Positions 1 through 14,934 of a stretch of DNA of 64,000 nt are shown one piece after another (the stretch's first letter is position 1; each line of letters starts with the position of its first letter). The translations under genes were made by a program, and so were the position numbers. The DNA is from Octopus vulgaris (lineage: Eukaryota). The notes beneath the pieces are model-generated. The model had not been told where the DNA came from, made no database searches, and saw nothing but the letters and a program-made list of their open reading frames with translations. The stretch is from assembly GCA_951406725.2 (NCBI GenBank), contig OX597834.1:10354001-10418000 (forward strand). Reading direction: 5' to 3'.

Positions 1-501
1 CAGAATGAAAACTTCAGATACATCAAAGGGTTATAATTAAGTAAACACATCATATAGCCATCAGTTCTAATCTCACTCATTGTTACATCTATAAGATGTT
101 GCAACATCGCATAATTGAAAACACCTACTGAAAGTAGACACTGTCTTAAGCATAAAGAAAACCACCTGTGCTTCTGACACTGTAATTTATATAATCTATA
201 CTTACTGAGAGAGCTGAAATTGTAGAGTTCATATTTTCGACTGCGGGGGCAGACGTCTCGACTTTTCAGCTCATAAACAAGCAATAGTGTCACTAATTAC
301 CAAGTCGGTAATGATCATGTTTGTTCCCACATTCATACGTGTATTTACATAAATATATGCAGACTTTTATATATGCAGATATATACAGACTTATATATAT
401 GCAAGCTTAAACATAAATGCATATATGCGCAAATATATAATGTAATGCATATATATGCGCAAATATATAATGTTATGCATACACATATATATATAAATAT
501 A

Positions 502-695
502 AAGGCTGGAGGCATCGCTGTTGATAGAAGGTTTAACCACAGTTCTTTTACAAATGCGTCTTGTATGTTAGATTTTGTGGGTGATTCTAGGAACTGGTAT
601 GGGGCAGAGGCGTATTTCTTCAGCTCACAATTAGAAAGACATATTTTGTTGAATGATTGGCAGGCATGCGTTCTTTTTATGTAACAATGACCGAT
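502..695 (-). mobile_element. Possible Penelope-like GIY-YIG C-terminal remnant between microsatellites
   Basis: Minus-strand [23 protein letters not shown]...KSNIQDA loosely resembles the 'Y-x5-C-x-L-C-x2-EK' end of Penelope endonucleases. Degenerate. Confidence 0.35.
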
Positions 696-703
696 CATTA
701 TAA

Positions 704-740
<37 letters not shown>

Positions 741-1332
741 CATACATGCATATATACATACATACATGCATATATACATACATACATGCATATATACATA
801 CATACATACATATACATACATACATTTACATACATGCATACATATATATATATATATATATATACACATACATATATATATATATACACATGAGTATATA
901 TATACATATATATGCATATATAGGTATATATATATTTATATAAATAAGGAGAAGATCATACATACATACATATGTACATATAGATGTGTGTGTGTGTGTG
1001 TGTTTGTTTGTGTGTGTGTTTGTGTGTGAATGCGTTTACATTGATTGGTACTGGTATTATTGTTTACCTCCCATAGATGTAGCATTCGGCAAAGAGGAAT
1101 ACATAAAAATTATATAGAATGCAACTAATTATTAAGTGAATATTATCGTTCGATTTGGCGAAATATTTTGCCGGCTCTCTATGATTGAAACAAGAAAATT
1201 CACTTACAAAACTAAAAGTTTATTACGAATCTCCCAAGTAAGGGACCTTAAGGGATTCAGCTTTGAATACAGCGTTTTTTACTCCATCCAGCTCGTTTTT
1301 CTCAAGCCCAACTTTACAAACGGCTGGTTTCC

Positions 1333-1656
1333 CGAGCTGGCAGGAACGTTAGCACGCAGGGCGAAATGCTAAGCGGTATTTCGTCTGCCGTTACGTTCTG
1401 AGTTCCAATTCCGCCGAGGTCGACTTTGCCTTTCATCTTTTCCCCTCTATGTTTAGCCCCTTGTGGGTAGTAAAGAAATAGGTATTTCGTCTGCCGTTAC
1501 GTTCTGAGTTCAAATTCCGCCGAGGTCGACTTTGCCTTTCATCCTTTCGGGGTCAATAAATTAAGTACCAGTTACGCACTGGGGTCGATGTAATCGACTT
1601 AATATGTTTGTCTGTCCCTTCTATGCTTAGCCCCTTTTGGGTAGTAAAGAAATAGG
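1333..1656 (+). mobile_element. SINE family B (MetaSINE-like core) with internal tandem duplication
   Basis: Core GACTTTGCCTTTCATCCTTTCGGGGTCGATAAATTAAGTACCAG; the body is repeated after AAAGAAATAGG. Flanking GGTTTCC duplication. Confidence 0.85.
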
Positions 1657-2610
1657 TTTCCGGATTTCCATGCCAAGATCACATTTCTCTGAACGGGACG
1701 CTGTTCTGTTTTAGGGTTCAAGGCAGGAAATTTTGAAGGGATGGTATAAGATGATTACATCAACTCCAGCACTTAGCTGGTACTTTTTTTTTCTTCCATC
1801 CGAAAGTAATGAGAAGCAAATTTGCTTTCTGCGGGATTTGACCTCTTAATGTAAAGTGTCGGATTAAATGTCAATTAGCATTTTGTCCAACATCGTTGCG
1901 ATAATACCAGCTCGTCACCTCTTATCTAACAGTATTGAATAATATTTTATTGTTTTATTCAATATTAATTTTTAGTGGGGAAACCAAAATTGATTTTCTC
2001 ATTCTTATTCTTTGTCTGTCTGTCTACCCGTTCGATTATCTTGATCACTGGAAGCTCAAGTTTCCTCTCACTACCTATACACACATTCTACTAGTTGACT
2101 AAACTATAAGCAAAACTTGAATCGCCAAATTTACTATAAATTTGACTCTACACTCAACTTTGTCTTTGCACAACGGTAAATATTGTATAGCTTTAAAATG
2201 ATTAACTTTAATTCATTATTTATCTATATATAGTCGTTCAATTATTTTTATATACATCTGTGGTCATGGTGAGATATCGTCATGTCAGCCATCTTTTACT
2301 TTACTATTATCATACATTTTAAATGAGAGAGTTCCAAGCTGTCACCTTCGTCATTGTCACCTGCTGCGAAGTGGTCTCGTCTGCGATTAAACACAGTAGA
2401 CTGTTTACATATTTGCTGTACGCATCGACACAACACATCACATATGTGAGTGTACTGAGCTTTGTATATTCAAATATATGCATGCGACCACGGGCGAGAA
2501 CGCACACATAACTCATACAGACAGAGAAAAACACTCAAACACTCGCATATACGTGTGCGTGTGAGTGTGTGTGTCTTTGTGTGCCTGTGTGCACAGTATA
2601 TACGTGTATG

Positions 2611-3933
2611 TACAGAGTGTGTCGAATAAACTGCCGTTTAAATTACGCAAATATGAAAATAACACTGGCATCTCATTTTCAAACATATATTTACCAAAAT
2701 TTCAAACAAATATCTTGAAATATTGAAGAGTAAATTTATTCAATAAAATCGGCATTGGCTTCAACCACGGCCTCCAGCCGACTCCAAAACCTCCTGCAAC
2801 TCTTCTGTCAATCTCCTTGTTTAATTTGGTGACTGCTGTCATAATCCTTGCCTTGAATTCATCTTTGGTGTTACAAGGGGTTTTGTTGGTTTCTCGCTCA
2901 AGTGTGCTCCACACATAATAATGAAGTGGATTTCAGTCTATGAAGTTTGGTGACGAGATTTTAGGGGTGATATGGTCGCAGAAATTGTCTAACGGCTATG
3001 ACTGGGTTCCCTTGCTTGTGTGACATGCCACAGGAGTGGCATATAAGAGCAGGAGTGGCTGTGTGGTAAGTAGCTTGCTTACCAACCACATGATTCCGGG
3101 TTCAGTCCCACTGCGTGGCACCTTGGGCAGGTGTCTTCTACTATAGCCTCGGGCCGACCAAAGCCTTGTGAGTGGATTTGGTAGACGGAAACTGAAAGAA
3201 GCCCGTCGTATATATGTATATATATATGTATGTGTGTGTGTTTGTTGTCTGTGTTTGTCCCCCCAACATCGCCTGACAACCGATGCTGGCGTGTTTACGT
3301 CCCCGTAACTTAGCGGTTCGGCAAAAGAGACCGATAGAATAAGTGGTAGTCTTACAAAGACTAAGTCCTGGTGGTCGATTTGCTCGACTAAAGGCGGTGC
3401 TCCAGCATGGCCGCAGTCAAATGACTGAAACAAGTAAAAGAGTAAAAAGAGTATGGTGCAGAGTCCTGTCGCCAGATATATGGTCTTCCAGCCGCCGCCA
3501 TCTTTACCCGCAGCAGCATTACCTCCTCCAGGTACTTGATGTAGACCTCCGTGTTGAGGATGAGGATGAGGCCGTGTGGGAAGTTGAATGAAGCCATAAC
3601 GTCACCATCCCTAATGATCTCTCGAAACACCTTGAGGTTGACTGGATATTTGATTTTTATCACTCTCGATATATGTCCTCAAATTGCACTATCATCAGAT
3701 TGTCACCCATACACTGAAATATTCGTATTGGAGCTTCTAGCGCAAATGCCAAGCAGTAGAGCACATCGTTTCCAAATTTCTGGGAGAGTGACTTGCGTCA
3801 TAGTGCTGTTGTTCTCACAGATGGCGCGCAACTGACCGTACTATGGGACGAAGTCGACAAAAACAAAACGAATAATGTGCATGCACAAAAATGAAAGTAA
3901 AAATGGCGACAATTTACGTATCTCACGGTGTAT
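2611..3933 (-). mobile_element. Decayed Tc1/mariner-superfamily transposon interrupted by a SINE
   Basis: Minus-strand fragments LNTEVYIKYLEEVML...GRPYIWRQDSAP | CHTSKGTQS and WSTLERETNKTPCNTKDEFKARI resemble the DDD/E catalytic region (QQDxAPxH). Weak TA-flanked terminal inverted similarity at about 2611 and 3933. Confidence 0.7.
3048..3452 (+). mobile_element. SINE family A (tRNA-derived head, internal microsatellite, (AAGAGTA)n tail)
   Basis: A-box-like TGGCTGTGTGGT, B-box-like GGTTCAGTCCC, shared body ending CAAATGACTGAAACAAGTAAAAGAG. At least 9 near-identical copies in the window. Confidence 0.9.
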
Positions 3934-4537
3934 ATGTATTTAGTTGCATAGATATGTGTACATATATGCATATAGATCTATGTGTGTGTGTGTGAGTATT
4001 TATACATATATATATATATATGATACGTTTGGTTTGGTTTCGTTTCGTTTCTTCTTCTCTAAGCTGGTTTATATATATATATATATATAGGGAGATAGAG
4101 AGAGAGAGAGAGAAATAGACAGAGTGAAAGAGTTTGTGCTGTAGTGTTATTATTATACGAATCTCCTTTCTATTTGATATAAAATTATAAACCTACCACA
4201 ATCAATCACTCAGCAACATAGCCCTTGATTTACACATGAACTGCAATTATCTCACTCGGGGAGATACAGAACAGAGTAAGATGATACGTGATACAGTGCA
4301 ACTGTAACTATCATAATTCTTATTTATGCAAGCTTTGTTTTAACAATCACTTGTAATGGTATGGAGGATATGACGAGTGAAGAGAAACACACGTGTTATA
4401 CATGCATATGCATGTATGTGTGCGTGCGTGCATACGTGTGTGTGTATATCTATATATATATATATATGTATACACACATATATACATATATATATATACA
4501 TCTATATACATGTGTGTATATACATATATACACATAC

Positions 4538-4576
<39 letters not shown>

Positions 4577-4757
4577 AATGTGTATATACATATATACATG
4601 TGTGTATATACATATATACATATACAGATATATATATATATATATATACATGTGTGTATATACATATATACATGTGTGTATATACATATATACATATACA
4701 GATATATATATATATATATATATACATATGTGTGTATATACATATATACACATACAG

Positions 4758-4791
<34 letters not shown>

Positions 4792-5997
4792 TACATATGT
4801 GTGTATATACATATATATCGATACATATGTTGTATATACATATATACACATACATATATACACATATATATGTGATACATATGTGTGTATATACATATAT
4901 ACACATACATATATATATATACATATATATATATGACCTATTCTTGAATGTTTACAAGCTCACAAAGACATGTGTTTGAGCGTATGTGACCTATCTATGT
5001 AATATGCGCTTGTGCGTGTGTGTGTGTGTGTGTGTGTGCGCACGCATACACACACACACAGACACACACACGCACTATATCGTTCACGTGTTTGCTCGTT
5101 TATGAGAACATATAACATGTGGTGCTCTTTACTACGATTGTGAGAATATCTGTAGGCGATTTGTTATTTGTCAAAACTTTTATAATATTTCTGTGTACAT
5201 AATTTTGTTTATTGATGACAAGGTTGAATCTCATAATTCCAGCGGAATCCACATAAACAAACTTCTTAATTCAATATGTTATTACTCTTTCAGAAACATC
5301 CGTTAAGGGCATTGTTCAGAATATAAGACATGATCGTTTGAACTAGACTTAAGGAGTGTTAGATAAATAACGAACAATAGTTTGCTTGGCTACCAGCATC
5401 TTTGAGAATAGTATTGATGATATCAAAGAGGTTTCTTCAATTTTATTTTTATTCTTTATATATATTTTATATCGTAATTAGTGAATGGTAGCGTATTTAG
5501 TTACAGGAAACCAATGGCTCATTTGCTGGACCCGTTACTGATTTCTCAAGACAAGGGAGAAAAGAATGATTTTCAACAGATGTAAAAGTATAACTGCACA
5601 TAGATCGATGCGAATATATCCTAACACTCCACAGACGCATACCTACTCAGGCATATCCCTTTACATATCCCTATGTGTGCGCTTATGTACTCAGATATAT
5701 GTGTGCATATATATACATATATGTGTGTGTGTGTGTGTGTACATAAATGTATGTATAAATGTGTACATGTTTGTTGGTAGGGTGTATATTGTGTATGTGT
5801 GTGCATGTGTATATAAGTATCACATAGATATCTTAGAAATCTATTCCGCGCATACAAAAACAGCCATACTAACAATCCGTCATACCCCCACCATCAGCTG
5901 TCCCACGGATATCACTATGGTTTCGACACCTGGGCAGAACCATTCAAACCGGTGGTGTTAACATTACTAACATAAGTGTTGTTTAGTAACAAGCATA

Positions 5998-6044
<47 letters not shown>

Positions 6045-7846
6045 CACACTCATTCAATCTTAATTCTAGGAAGGATTAAACACTAACATTATTAATTAAA
6101 TTTTTTTGTCTGTCTGTCTGTCTCTTTTTTACTCTTGTGGATTCTAAGTAGTTAGCATCAGTTAGTTTGATATGAATTTTTGTCTTTGATTGTTTAAGCA
6201 GCAGTAGTAGTAGAGAAAGGAGGCGAATAATGATAATAATAACAATAACAATAACAATAATAATAAGAAGAAGAAGCATGGTCTACGCTGTCTGAAGAGT
6301 AAAGCCTTTAAGTGAGCAAATTGCACCATCACTTCGCCATTTTTTTTCATCTATGGACCCCTTTGACTACTGTTTCATTCTGGTGCCCACCCGCCACATA
6401 ACTATCTGCTGTTTAAACCCTAGAGTTATTGATACGTCTTTCAGAATTCTTGTTTTGTTATTCACTCATTAACAAAACTTTTCTTGCAATAAATACTTCT
6501 GAATTAAAACTTTTTCATTGGTCCTTAATATACTATTACGGATCTCCAATTTACTATTTTTCTGGCGTGGGCCGTTCCTATCCCATCAAAGGAACAATAA
6601 CCTTATATGGCACCCCTGCGGTCATATGGACTTTAATTCAGAACCTCTAAATTAGTCGTTTCATATTCTGACAATAAACAGGAATGTCAACATATTTGTG
6701 TCATGAACACTGCGTATGTTATACATTGCTTCGAAACTTTCTGAAAGAACGTATCAGTGCTTTGGGAATTGTCACATTCTATCCTTGGTTATTGAATGTT
6801 AGACATCTATTTGTATTTGCAAATATAAATTTCAGTTGATGCAAGCACTTATTCAATAGCAGGTGTTGTATTCAGATAATAGATGGAAAAATATCTCTAA
6901 GATTAGGCTATAGCACGCATGCGAAATATACAGAATGGGAAGATTATTTGCAATATATGAAGTGAATGCTGTTTAACATTACTGACGCTGGCATTCATTG
7001 CGCTGCTAAAAGTACTTTACACTGTCAAGATTATACAGCAAGGAAACCGGAGAACGAAGTATCTTACTAAAGGTCGGAAGCATGTCAACGATCTGTTAAT
7101 ATATAAGGTTTTTCTTTCTTATACTACACCCGCTTTTAACCTCTGAACATACATTTTTTTTTTTCAATTTCCATAAAGAAATATATATTTTTTTTATTAT
7201 TTATTTTGCATCTGTAAATAAAGAAGAATAAATACACAAGTTATTTTCGATCAGTTATGATTTATTTGTAATTTACTTATTGTTAATTGTAGAACACGGG
7301 AATAACATCATGAATGAAGTATTTCGTATTAAAAATAAGTGACAGATGCCTTAGAGTACAGTGAAAGTATATTTTCGTTTAGATATATATTTACTAGACA
7401 TTTCTGAATGAAAATATACGAGATAATATGTTAAGAGGTTAATTCTCTTCGGCTTCCCATCCAACCTTAATTTTATTCCTTTAATATGCCCTCACCCACT
7501 TCTCTTCCTATTTTTTCTCCCCACATTTTTTCTTTGTCACTTATCCAATTTCTATCTCCTTGTATTTTCTGTTTGAGTGCAAAGGTCTCGTTGTCTTGCG
7601 TTCATCATTTGCAGCCAGTTTCTCAAACAAAGTGTATGGCAAACTCTGCCGTTTTGTTTCCATTTTTCATTCTTGTAAATTTTTACATAGAAAAGGAGCT
7701 TTGACAGAAACGTTGGACATGTTACTCTATATTTTCACTGTTCTGCTTCTATGGCGTTTTCTAAAACCTTTGGAGCCATCTCTATAACATGTTGTGTGAA
7801 TTACCGTTGAAACAAGTGGAGGTTACCATTCATTACAACGATATAC

Positions 7847-8068
7847 GTGGAGGCACCATGATCGTAAGGTTGTGGTTTCCATTCCTGGATCGGGTGACGC
7901 GTTGTGTTCTTGAGCAAAACACTTCATTTCACATTGCTCCAGTCCACTCAGCTGGCAAAAATGAGTAACGCTCCGATAGACTGGCGTCCCGTCCAGCTGG
8001 GGAACACATACGCCATAGAAACCGGGAAACCGAGCCCATGAGCCTGGCTAGGCTTTAAAAGGGCTCAT

Positions 8069-8070
<2 letters not shown>
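7847..8070 (+). mobile_element. tRNA-derived SINE with tail related to 56450-56759, ending in (ATCT)n
   Basis: gtggaggcac...ggtttccattcc head; tail gaaaccgggaaaccgagcccatgagcctggctaggct. Confidence 0.7.
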
Positions 8071-8104
<34 letters not shown>

Positions 8105-9289
8105 TCACACATACATACTTTCAAACATGTATGCTGAAATGTATACCTATATCTATGTGCACATATGTGCCTGTATGAGGATGCACGTGCACATATTCGT
8201 AAGCGTATATATGTATGAAGGTGATCCAATCCGTGTCCACCACCAACGATTTTCTGTTTCTGATTTTGTATGTCGAGAACTACATTATGGCGTATAACCT
8301 ATATTGAAGATAGTAAGGCGTAGATTTCTTTGCTGTTATTATTGCTGATGGAGAGAGAGAGGGGGAAGGAAGGAGAGAGTGGGGAGGGTGGGAGTAAAAT
8401 ACAGAGGTAAACTCTTAATTATGCCGATGTCTAAAAGCATATTAATTTCTATAGACTAAATGCTGTGATGTTGATTATGGCACTTTAATTCGAAGTGTTC
8501 ATGAATGAAAAGAATTAATGGACGTGTTTAATTGCAACTGAAATGAATTATGAAACTAATAATAGAATTAAAATAAAGGCCGATGGACACACATACAGTG
8601 AAGGAGAGGGAGAGAAAGAGAGAGTGGGAGAGGGGAATATAACAAGAGAAAAAGGGAGATAAATGCTGAGTGTTTATATTAGAGAACAATGCATGAACGC
8701 TAAAGATGATATTCAACTTAGCGTTGTATTATATTTTGTTTTAAATACTTTTTAATTTTTAATGTTTCATGAAGGCAGCGAGGTGGCTATATCGTTAGCA
8801 AGCCGGACATGTCGACTCTGCCATTCATCCGTTCTGTGTTGATGAAATAAGCACCGGTTGAGTATTATAGTTGATGTAATCAAATAGCCCACCTCTTCCA
8901 GCCACCATCTCAGGCCTTTTTGCCTGTGACAGAAAGATTACATTACTCATACATTCAAAATATTTGTTTTTGTCAAGATGTAGCTTCTGTGGTTTCGATT
9001 GACATCAGACACAGACAAAAGATATCAGAGAAAATCCAAGTTTCAATACACTATGTTTTTTTTCTTATATTTTAGTTAGTATATAAAGATATATAATATT
9101 CTAAGAGTCATTTCCTTTTTAAGATGATATATAGTTTCATGTTATCTCTGTTGTGAAACACCTATCATGCCATAGGGTGTATATAACCAACGGGAAGCTT
9201 TCCCTACCAATTAATAATTTTGATTTAAAGAATGTTATATATATATATATATATATAATGTGTGTGTGTGTATGTATATATAATATATA

Positions 9290-9470
9290 AGGGAAGGTTT
9301 ACGAAAATAAGCAAAAGACGAAGGCAGGTGGAGTACAAACAAACAAATGTATTAGTATAGCGGTCAGGAATAGAAAAAGTCTTGTACGTTTCGAGCCCAC
9401 GCTCTTCGACAGAAAGATACACAGAAAGAAAAAAGGAGAGAAAAAATGCGTGTAGGAGCTAACGATCATT
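9290..9470 (-). mobile_element. Penelope-like pseudo-LTR fragment with minimal hammerhead motif (9380-9417)
   Basis: Minus strand TCTTT-CTGTCGA-A-GAGC gtgg GCTC-GAAAC-GT-A-CAAGA. Homologous to 17035-17210 and 13480-13610, and adjacent to (TA)n. Confidence 0.7.
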
Positions 9471-9599
9471 CGAATGGATTTCCTTTGTTTTAAGCTTAGT
9501 CTGACTATCATCATTAATTCCAATGGGTTTAATCTGGAAAGAAAACAGCATCAATTGAGCTATCAGCTGCTAAAGTGTGCATACAATTTTTGGAACACC

Positions 9600-9640
<41 letters not shown>

Positions 9641-9641
<1 letters not shown>

Positions 9642-9732
9642 CTTCTTCCCTTCTTTCCTGAGCGTCCAATAATACTTCATTTGTTCCACATCCTTGCGTT
9701 GTTGTTATTTTGTTTTCTTGTTTGGATTAACT
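9641..9732 (+). mobile_element. 5'-truncated copy of the 53110-53295 element between (TA)n arrays
   Basis: High similarity to 53212-53293; lacks the hammerhead portion. Confidence 0.65.
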
Positions 9733-10263
9733 ATATATATATATATATATATATGTGGGAGGGGGCTAAATTTAGTCCAGGGTTGAGGCTGGATATTTTC
9801 ATCAACTAATTCTCAACAGATGAAAATATATCGTTAAAATGCAGAATATTAAAATGCGAACTATATTGTAACAAGCAGAATAAACAGGAATGGTAAATTT
9901 TATCTTGTTTTCACTTGATGGGTGAAGGTATCTTAAAAAAAAAATTAAATATTTCAATAATGCATAGAATTGCCTCTCAAGGAAGTGTTTAGCAAACCTG
10001 AACGCGGTTACCTTCATAAGGTGGCACCGTAGAAACTAAATAATCTTGTATGTAAAATATTAGATAACGACGCTTCTCATGAATTTATGAATGCATGAAA
10101 TGCTATTATTCATGACAACTGCAACAGAAGAGTAGTTGAGAACTGTATTCAGACATTAGCTGCCACAGCTTTGAAATCCATTTTTCGCATCGATAAGAAG
10201 TAGTAACAATAATACTGCGTGAAACGCTTCTGGTATTACATTGGTGAATTTCAATTGGTTACT

Positions 10264-10532
10264 TACATATACGCAGATGTATATATATATACACATACAT
10301 ACATATGTATACATACATACATATGTATACATATACACATATATGCATACATACATACATATGTATACATATACACATATATGCATACATATATACACAT
10401 ATGTATACATATACACATATATGCATACATATATACACATATACATACATACATACACATATACATACATACATATATACACATATACATACATACATAC
10501 ATACACATATACATACATACATACATACACAT

Positions 10533-10577
<45 letters not shown>

Positions 10578-10989
10578 TACACATATATATACATATACAT
10601 ACATATATACACATATATATACATATACATACATATATACACATATATATACATATACATACATATATACACATATATATACATATACATACATATATAC
10701 ACATATATATATATACATACATATATATACATATACATACATATATACACATATATATATATACATACATATATATACATATACATACATATATACACAT
10801 ATATATATATACATACATATATATACATATACATACATATATACACATATACATACATATATACACATATACATACATATATATATGCATACACATATAT
10901 ACATATACACATATATACATATACACATAAATACATATACACATAAATACATATACACATATATACATATATACACACACACATATGTA

Positions 10990-11022
<33 letters not shown>

Positions 11023-11083
11023 ATATGTATATATATATATATATAATATATATAATTATGTATCTTACAATATCTATCTTACG

Positions 11084-11115
<32 letters not shown>
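10264..11115. repeat. Compound (TA/CA/TACA)n micro/minisatellite (similar arrays at about 700-1030, 4395-4935, 14670-15260, 19080-19350, 34525-35110, 37805-38180, 41500-42240, 58915-59265)
   Basis: Low-complexity purine-pyrimidine alternation with higher-order units; the source of the Y/I/H/T/C/V/M-rich ORFs. Confidence 0.97.
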
Positions 11116-11442
11116 GGATTTAACGATAGAAATTTTCGTCTATTAGAAAAAAATATAACAAAATATGTATTCAAGACGTATATTGGAAAATTGTTGTACG
11201 TTGATGGATTATCTGATGATGTCCTGATGTAAAGTTCTAATGTTGTAATGCATTGATGCATGCTAGTTGCATGTTTGGTTCCTGTTTGATTCATCCAAAC
11301 CATTATTACAAAACAAGGAATATGATTATTAAGTTAATGCTATTGATACTGACGATTGTAAACATGCATATGAGATGATGACGATGAGAATAATATAAAC
11401 ATAATGTTCATACTATTCTCAACATCATTATCTCATAAACTC

Positions 11443-11679
11443 ATAATAATAATGATAATGATAATAATGATAATAATGATAATAATATTAATAATAATAG
11501 TAATAATACTAATAACAATAATAATAATGATAATAATAATAATAATAATAATGATAATAATAATAATGATAATAGTGATAATTATAATAACAATAATAAT
11601 AATGATAATATTAATAATAATAATAATAACAATAATAATAAGGATAATAATAATAATGATGATGATGATGATGATGATG
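11443..11679. repeat. (AAT/GAT)n trinucleotide array (similar at 43815-44005)
   Basis: Direct reading of the sequence. Confidence 0.97.
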
Positions 11680-11682
11680 CAA

Positions 11683-12208
11683 TACCAGGCAGTGGCTCTC
11701 ATGGCTTCTGATCTTAACTGATTGGAAGTGTTATCATGTACATTGTTTTGTCTAGTATAAAAGTTGGGCTACAGCAAATATTCTGCTCAATACCAAAGAT
11801 TTGACCATAACCAGTTGAGCATGTCCCTTAGTGGCTGACGATATGTGCATCTCTGATCACAAGCAGAAGTAGTGGGGGAGCATCATAGCCATGTGTTGAA
11901 AGGAATTTTTAGAGGTTTGGATAATTCACCTTTGGAAACATTGGTGGTTCGTTCAACATCCTTAAACAATCCTTATTCGGGACCATTTGAGCGGGATGGG
12001 TTACTCGGCCAGAAGAAAATTTTAACTGGGCTCCACCTGCAAGGTCATGCGCTGTTTATCTTTATATACGATCACCCTGTCGCGCACATACAGTTGTGAT
12101 GCATGTGCCTAGTGTACCCTTATGAGACGGGTAGTCATGATGAGTATACAAGGCTTCGTAAATTTTACCCCAGTGTCACTTTCTTGGCATGGACTGCTCT
12201 CTCACTCA
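11683..12208. mobile_element. Unclassified interspersed repeat inserted in (AAT)n; diverged second copy at about 44262-44680
   Basis: Both copies share cagcaaatattctgct...gaccataacca...agcagaagtagtgg..ggagcatcatagccatg...ggataattcacct and both are flanked by (AAT)n. Confidence 0.75.
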
Positions 12209-12239
12209 ATAATAATAATAATAATGATAATAATAATAA

Positions 12240-12450
12240 TGGTTTCAAATTTTGGCATGAGGTCAAAAATTTCGTGGTAGGGTTTAAGTCGATTACATCG
12301 AACTCACTGTTCAACTGGTATTTATGTTATCGACCCTGAAGGAATGAAAGGCAAAGTAGACATCAGCGGAATTTGAACTCTGAACGTAGCGACATGCTAA
12401 TACTGCTAAGCAGTTCGTCAAGCGCGCTAACGTTTCTGCCGGATCGCCAA
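12240..12450 (-). mobile_element. Older, diverged family B-related SINE (similar relics near 1720-1920, 8772-8940, 27303-27505, 30830-30980, 52650-52855)
   Basis: Degenerate atcgaccc..aaggaatgaaaggcaaagt.gac..cagcggaatttgaactc core. Confidence 0.7.
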
Positions 12451-12969
12451 TATTTATAATTATGGTTTAAAATTTTCGCACAAGATAAAAAGCTCTAGGT
12501 AAGGAGGAAAGTTGATTATATCGACATCAGTAAATCACAAATACACTTCATTTATCGACCTGTACGGATGAAAGATAACATTGACGTAGGAGTGGATTGA
12601 ACATTGAAAGGAAAGTATCGAAGCAACACATACAAACACATATTGAAGCACACACAGGCACACAGAAATACACACACACCCATACACATACACGCATTCA
12701 CACTCTCACATATGATTTGTGTCCAATGCGTTGCTCTCTGTCACATTTACTCACCTGGAATTAGTATGGAAAAATAATTTATGTTCTGGAAATGAAATAT
12801 ATCCAGATGTCATGCATTATAAAGACAAATTTACAGCTATGTGCTATTATGGTGGCTGCGTGCAAGCGGTGAACGCACAAGTTTTGCATCATTTGATATT
12901 TGTGCTAAAAGCTACTAGAAGAGTTTAACTTCACGTATAGATATAATAATTCTTTTCTAAAAAGCTACA

Positions 12970-13010
<41 letters not shown>

Positions 13011-13106
13011 CAAGGGTTCCATGTTGCCTGTTAGAAGTACCACGCAAGACTGCTTCATTAACCATCTGATTTCCTATCTATCTATCCATCTATATGTATG
13101 TCTGTC

Positions 13107-13147
<41 letters not shown>

Positions 13148-13479
13148 TGTATATTGTCACTATTTCGCAGAACTAAGAGTGTGACACAAACAACGAGATA
13201 TTCGTGCGTTAGCACTTATGGAACTAGTTAAAAAATCAAGGCGTTCTAAATTTATACACCGCTGATAGTACTGTTTTTCTGGATTGTTCTTGAACATTTA
13301 AAAAAAAAAAGACAAAAAAAAAACAGAAACGATATTTCCTGATAGCTGAAAAAAGTAAAAGATTAAAGTAAAGCAATCTCCTCTGCCCCTGAGTCTTGTT
13401 ACTTCTAAATATTAATATATATACATACACACATACACACAGCAACACACACACACACACACACACATAATCGATCTAT

Positions 13480-13611
13480 TTTCTCTTATTTCTTTCTGTT
13501 GAAGAGCCAAAGCTCGAAACATAAAAACGTTTTCATTTACCTGACCCTCAAACTAATATACTTTCTTGTTATTCATACGCCTGCCTTCGTCTTTTTCTAT
13601 AAATTCCAACA

Positions 13612-13612
<1 letters not shown>
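13480..13612 (+). mobile_element. Degenerate Penelope-like pseudo-LTR fragment with minimal hammerhead motif (13491-13527)
   Basis: TCTTT-CTGTTGA-A-GAGC caaa GCTC-GAAAC-AT-A-AAAA, followed by cctgccttcgtctttt shared with the 9290 and 17035 copies. Confidence 0.6.
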
Positions 13613-13654
<42 letters not shown>

Positions 13655-14706
13655 CATGTCTAAATATGCACTTATATGCATAGGAATTCATACAAATAAA
13701 CATACATAAGACATACAAATCTGCACATACATACATGGATGGACACATATATACATTCATACAAAAATACTCTGTTGTTGGTGTTGAAATTGCAATGAGG
13801 GATCATTGGATCTAGGTTAGAAACCGGTTTTTTCTCTGTTGGCTAGGGATCTTGAAATAAACTCAATGACATACATACATAGAAAGAGATGTAGATATGG
13901 AGTTGAGTGTTTGATAAAATGGTAAATAGCTCCATATATAGAGCTACATATAGATAAATTTACACGATCAAACACTGACATGTGAATGCATGTACGTATA
14001 TAAGATGCTGTTAAATAGGACTTCGTTTCTGCTAACACGATAAGAGATTCCAAACGTAAATCTTTCGCTCAATCTTATTCATTACGTCCTAAACCAGAAA
14101 TCCTGAAACCGTTTCGAAATACAATGTTGAGAGTCTCTAAACTTTGATTTTACTTCAATGCCAGACGATTTGGATGGATAGACTTCAATGGGCAAAGAAA
14201 CACATGATTTATAGATATAATATATAAATATTTAATGAAACTCTTTTCATATAACCCATCATAAAACATATTTAAAACCAGTGTAATAGCGCTTCATACT
14301 CATCTAAATGTTTTTTGCTATTTTTGTTCATTTTTTTTTGTTAGTTACCTTTCTTAAAACATAATTTCAATTGTTGATACTTACGTTCAGTATGATTTTC
14401 ATTAAATGTTATTTTTACTATATATATATATGCCTTCATATGTACGTATGTATGTATATATGTATGTATGCATGTATGTATTCATACATGGGTTTTCGGT
14501 ATATATATATTTTATATCTGTTATATTCCTCGCTATTATAGATATTCATCTCTTTATGTAATAAAATAAAATATTTCTGCTTTCTATCATAATTTTTTTA
14601 TTTCTAAATACAAAATATATATGTCGAGTTTATTTTATCATATTAGTAAGACATATTTAAACACCATAAACATACATATATATATATATATATATACACA
14701 TGTATG

Positions 14707-14746
<40 letters not shown>

Positions 14747-14888
14747 TATATACATGTATGTAAATATATATATATATATAAGTATATACATGTATGTAAA
14801 TATATATATATACGTGTATGTAAAAATATATAAATATATACATGTATGTAAATATATATAAATATATACATTCCACACATTTATGTAA

Positions 14889-14934
<46 letters not shown>

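Noticed and set aside
211-272. GAGCTGAAA/TTTCAGCTC inverted repeat with an internal CTGC/GCAG stem, possibly a decayed hammerhead near the Penelope-like remnant
   Set aside because: Core nucleotides are too altered (CTGAAAA, no clear UH site) to support the call.
2996-3433. Recurrent ORFs containing RASFSFRLPNPLTRLWSARGYSRRHLPK
   Set aside because: Antisense translation of SINE family A; recurs wherever the SINE does.
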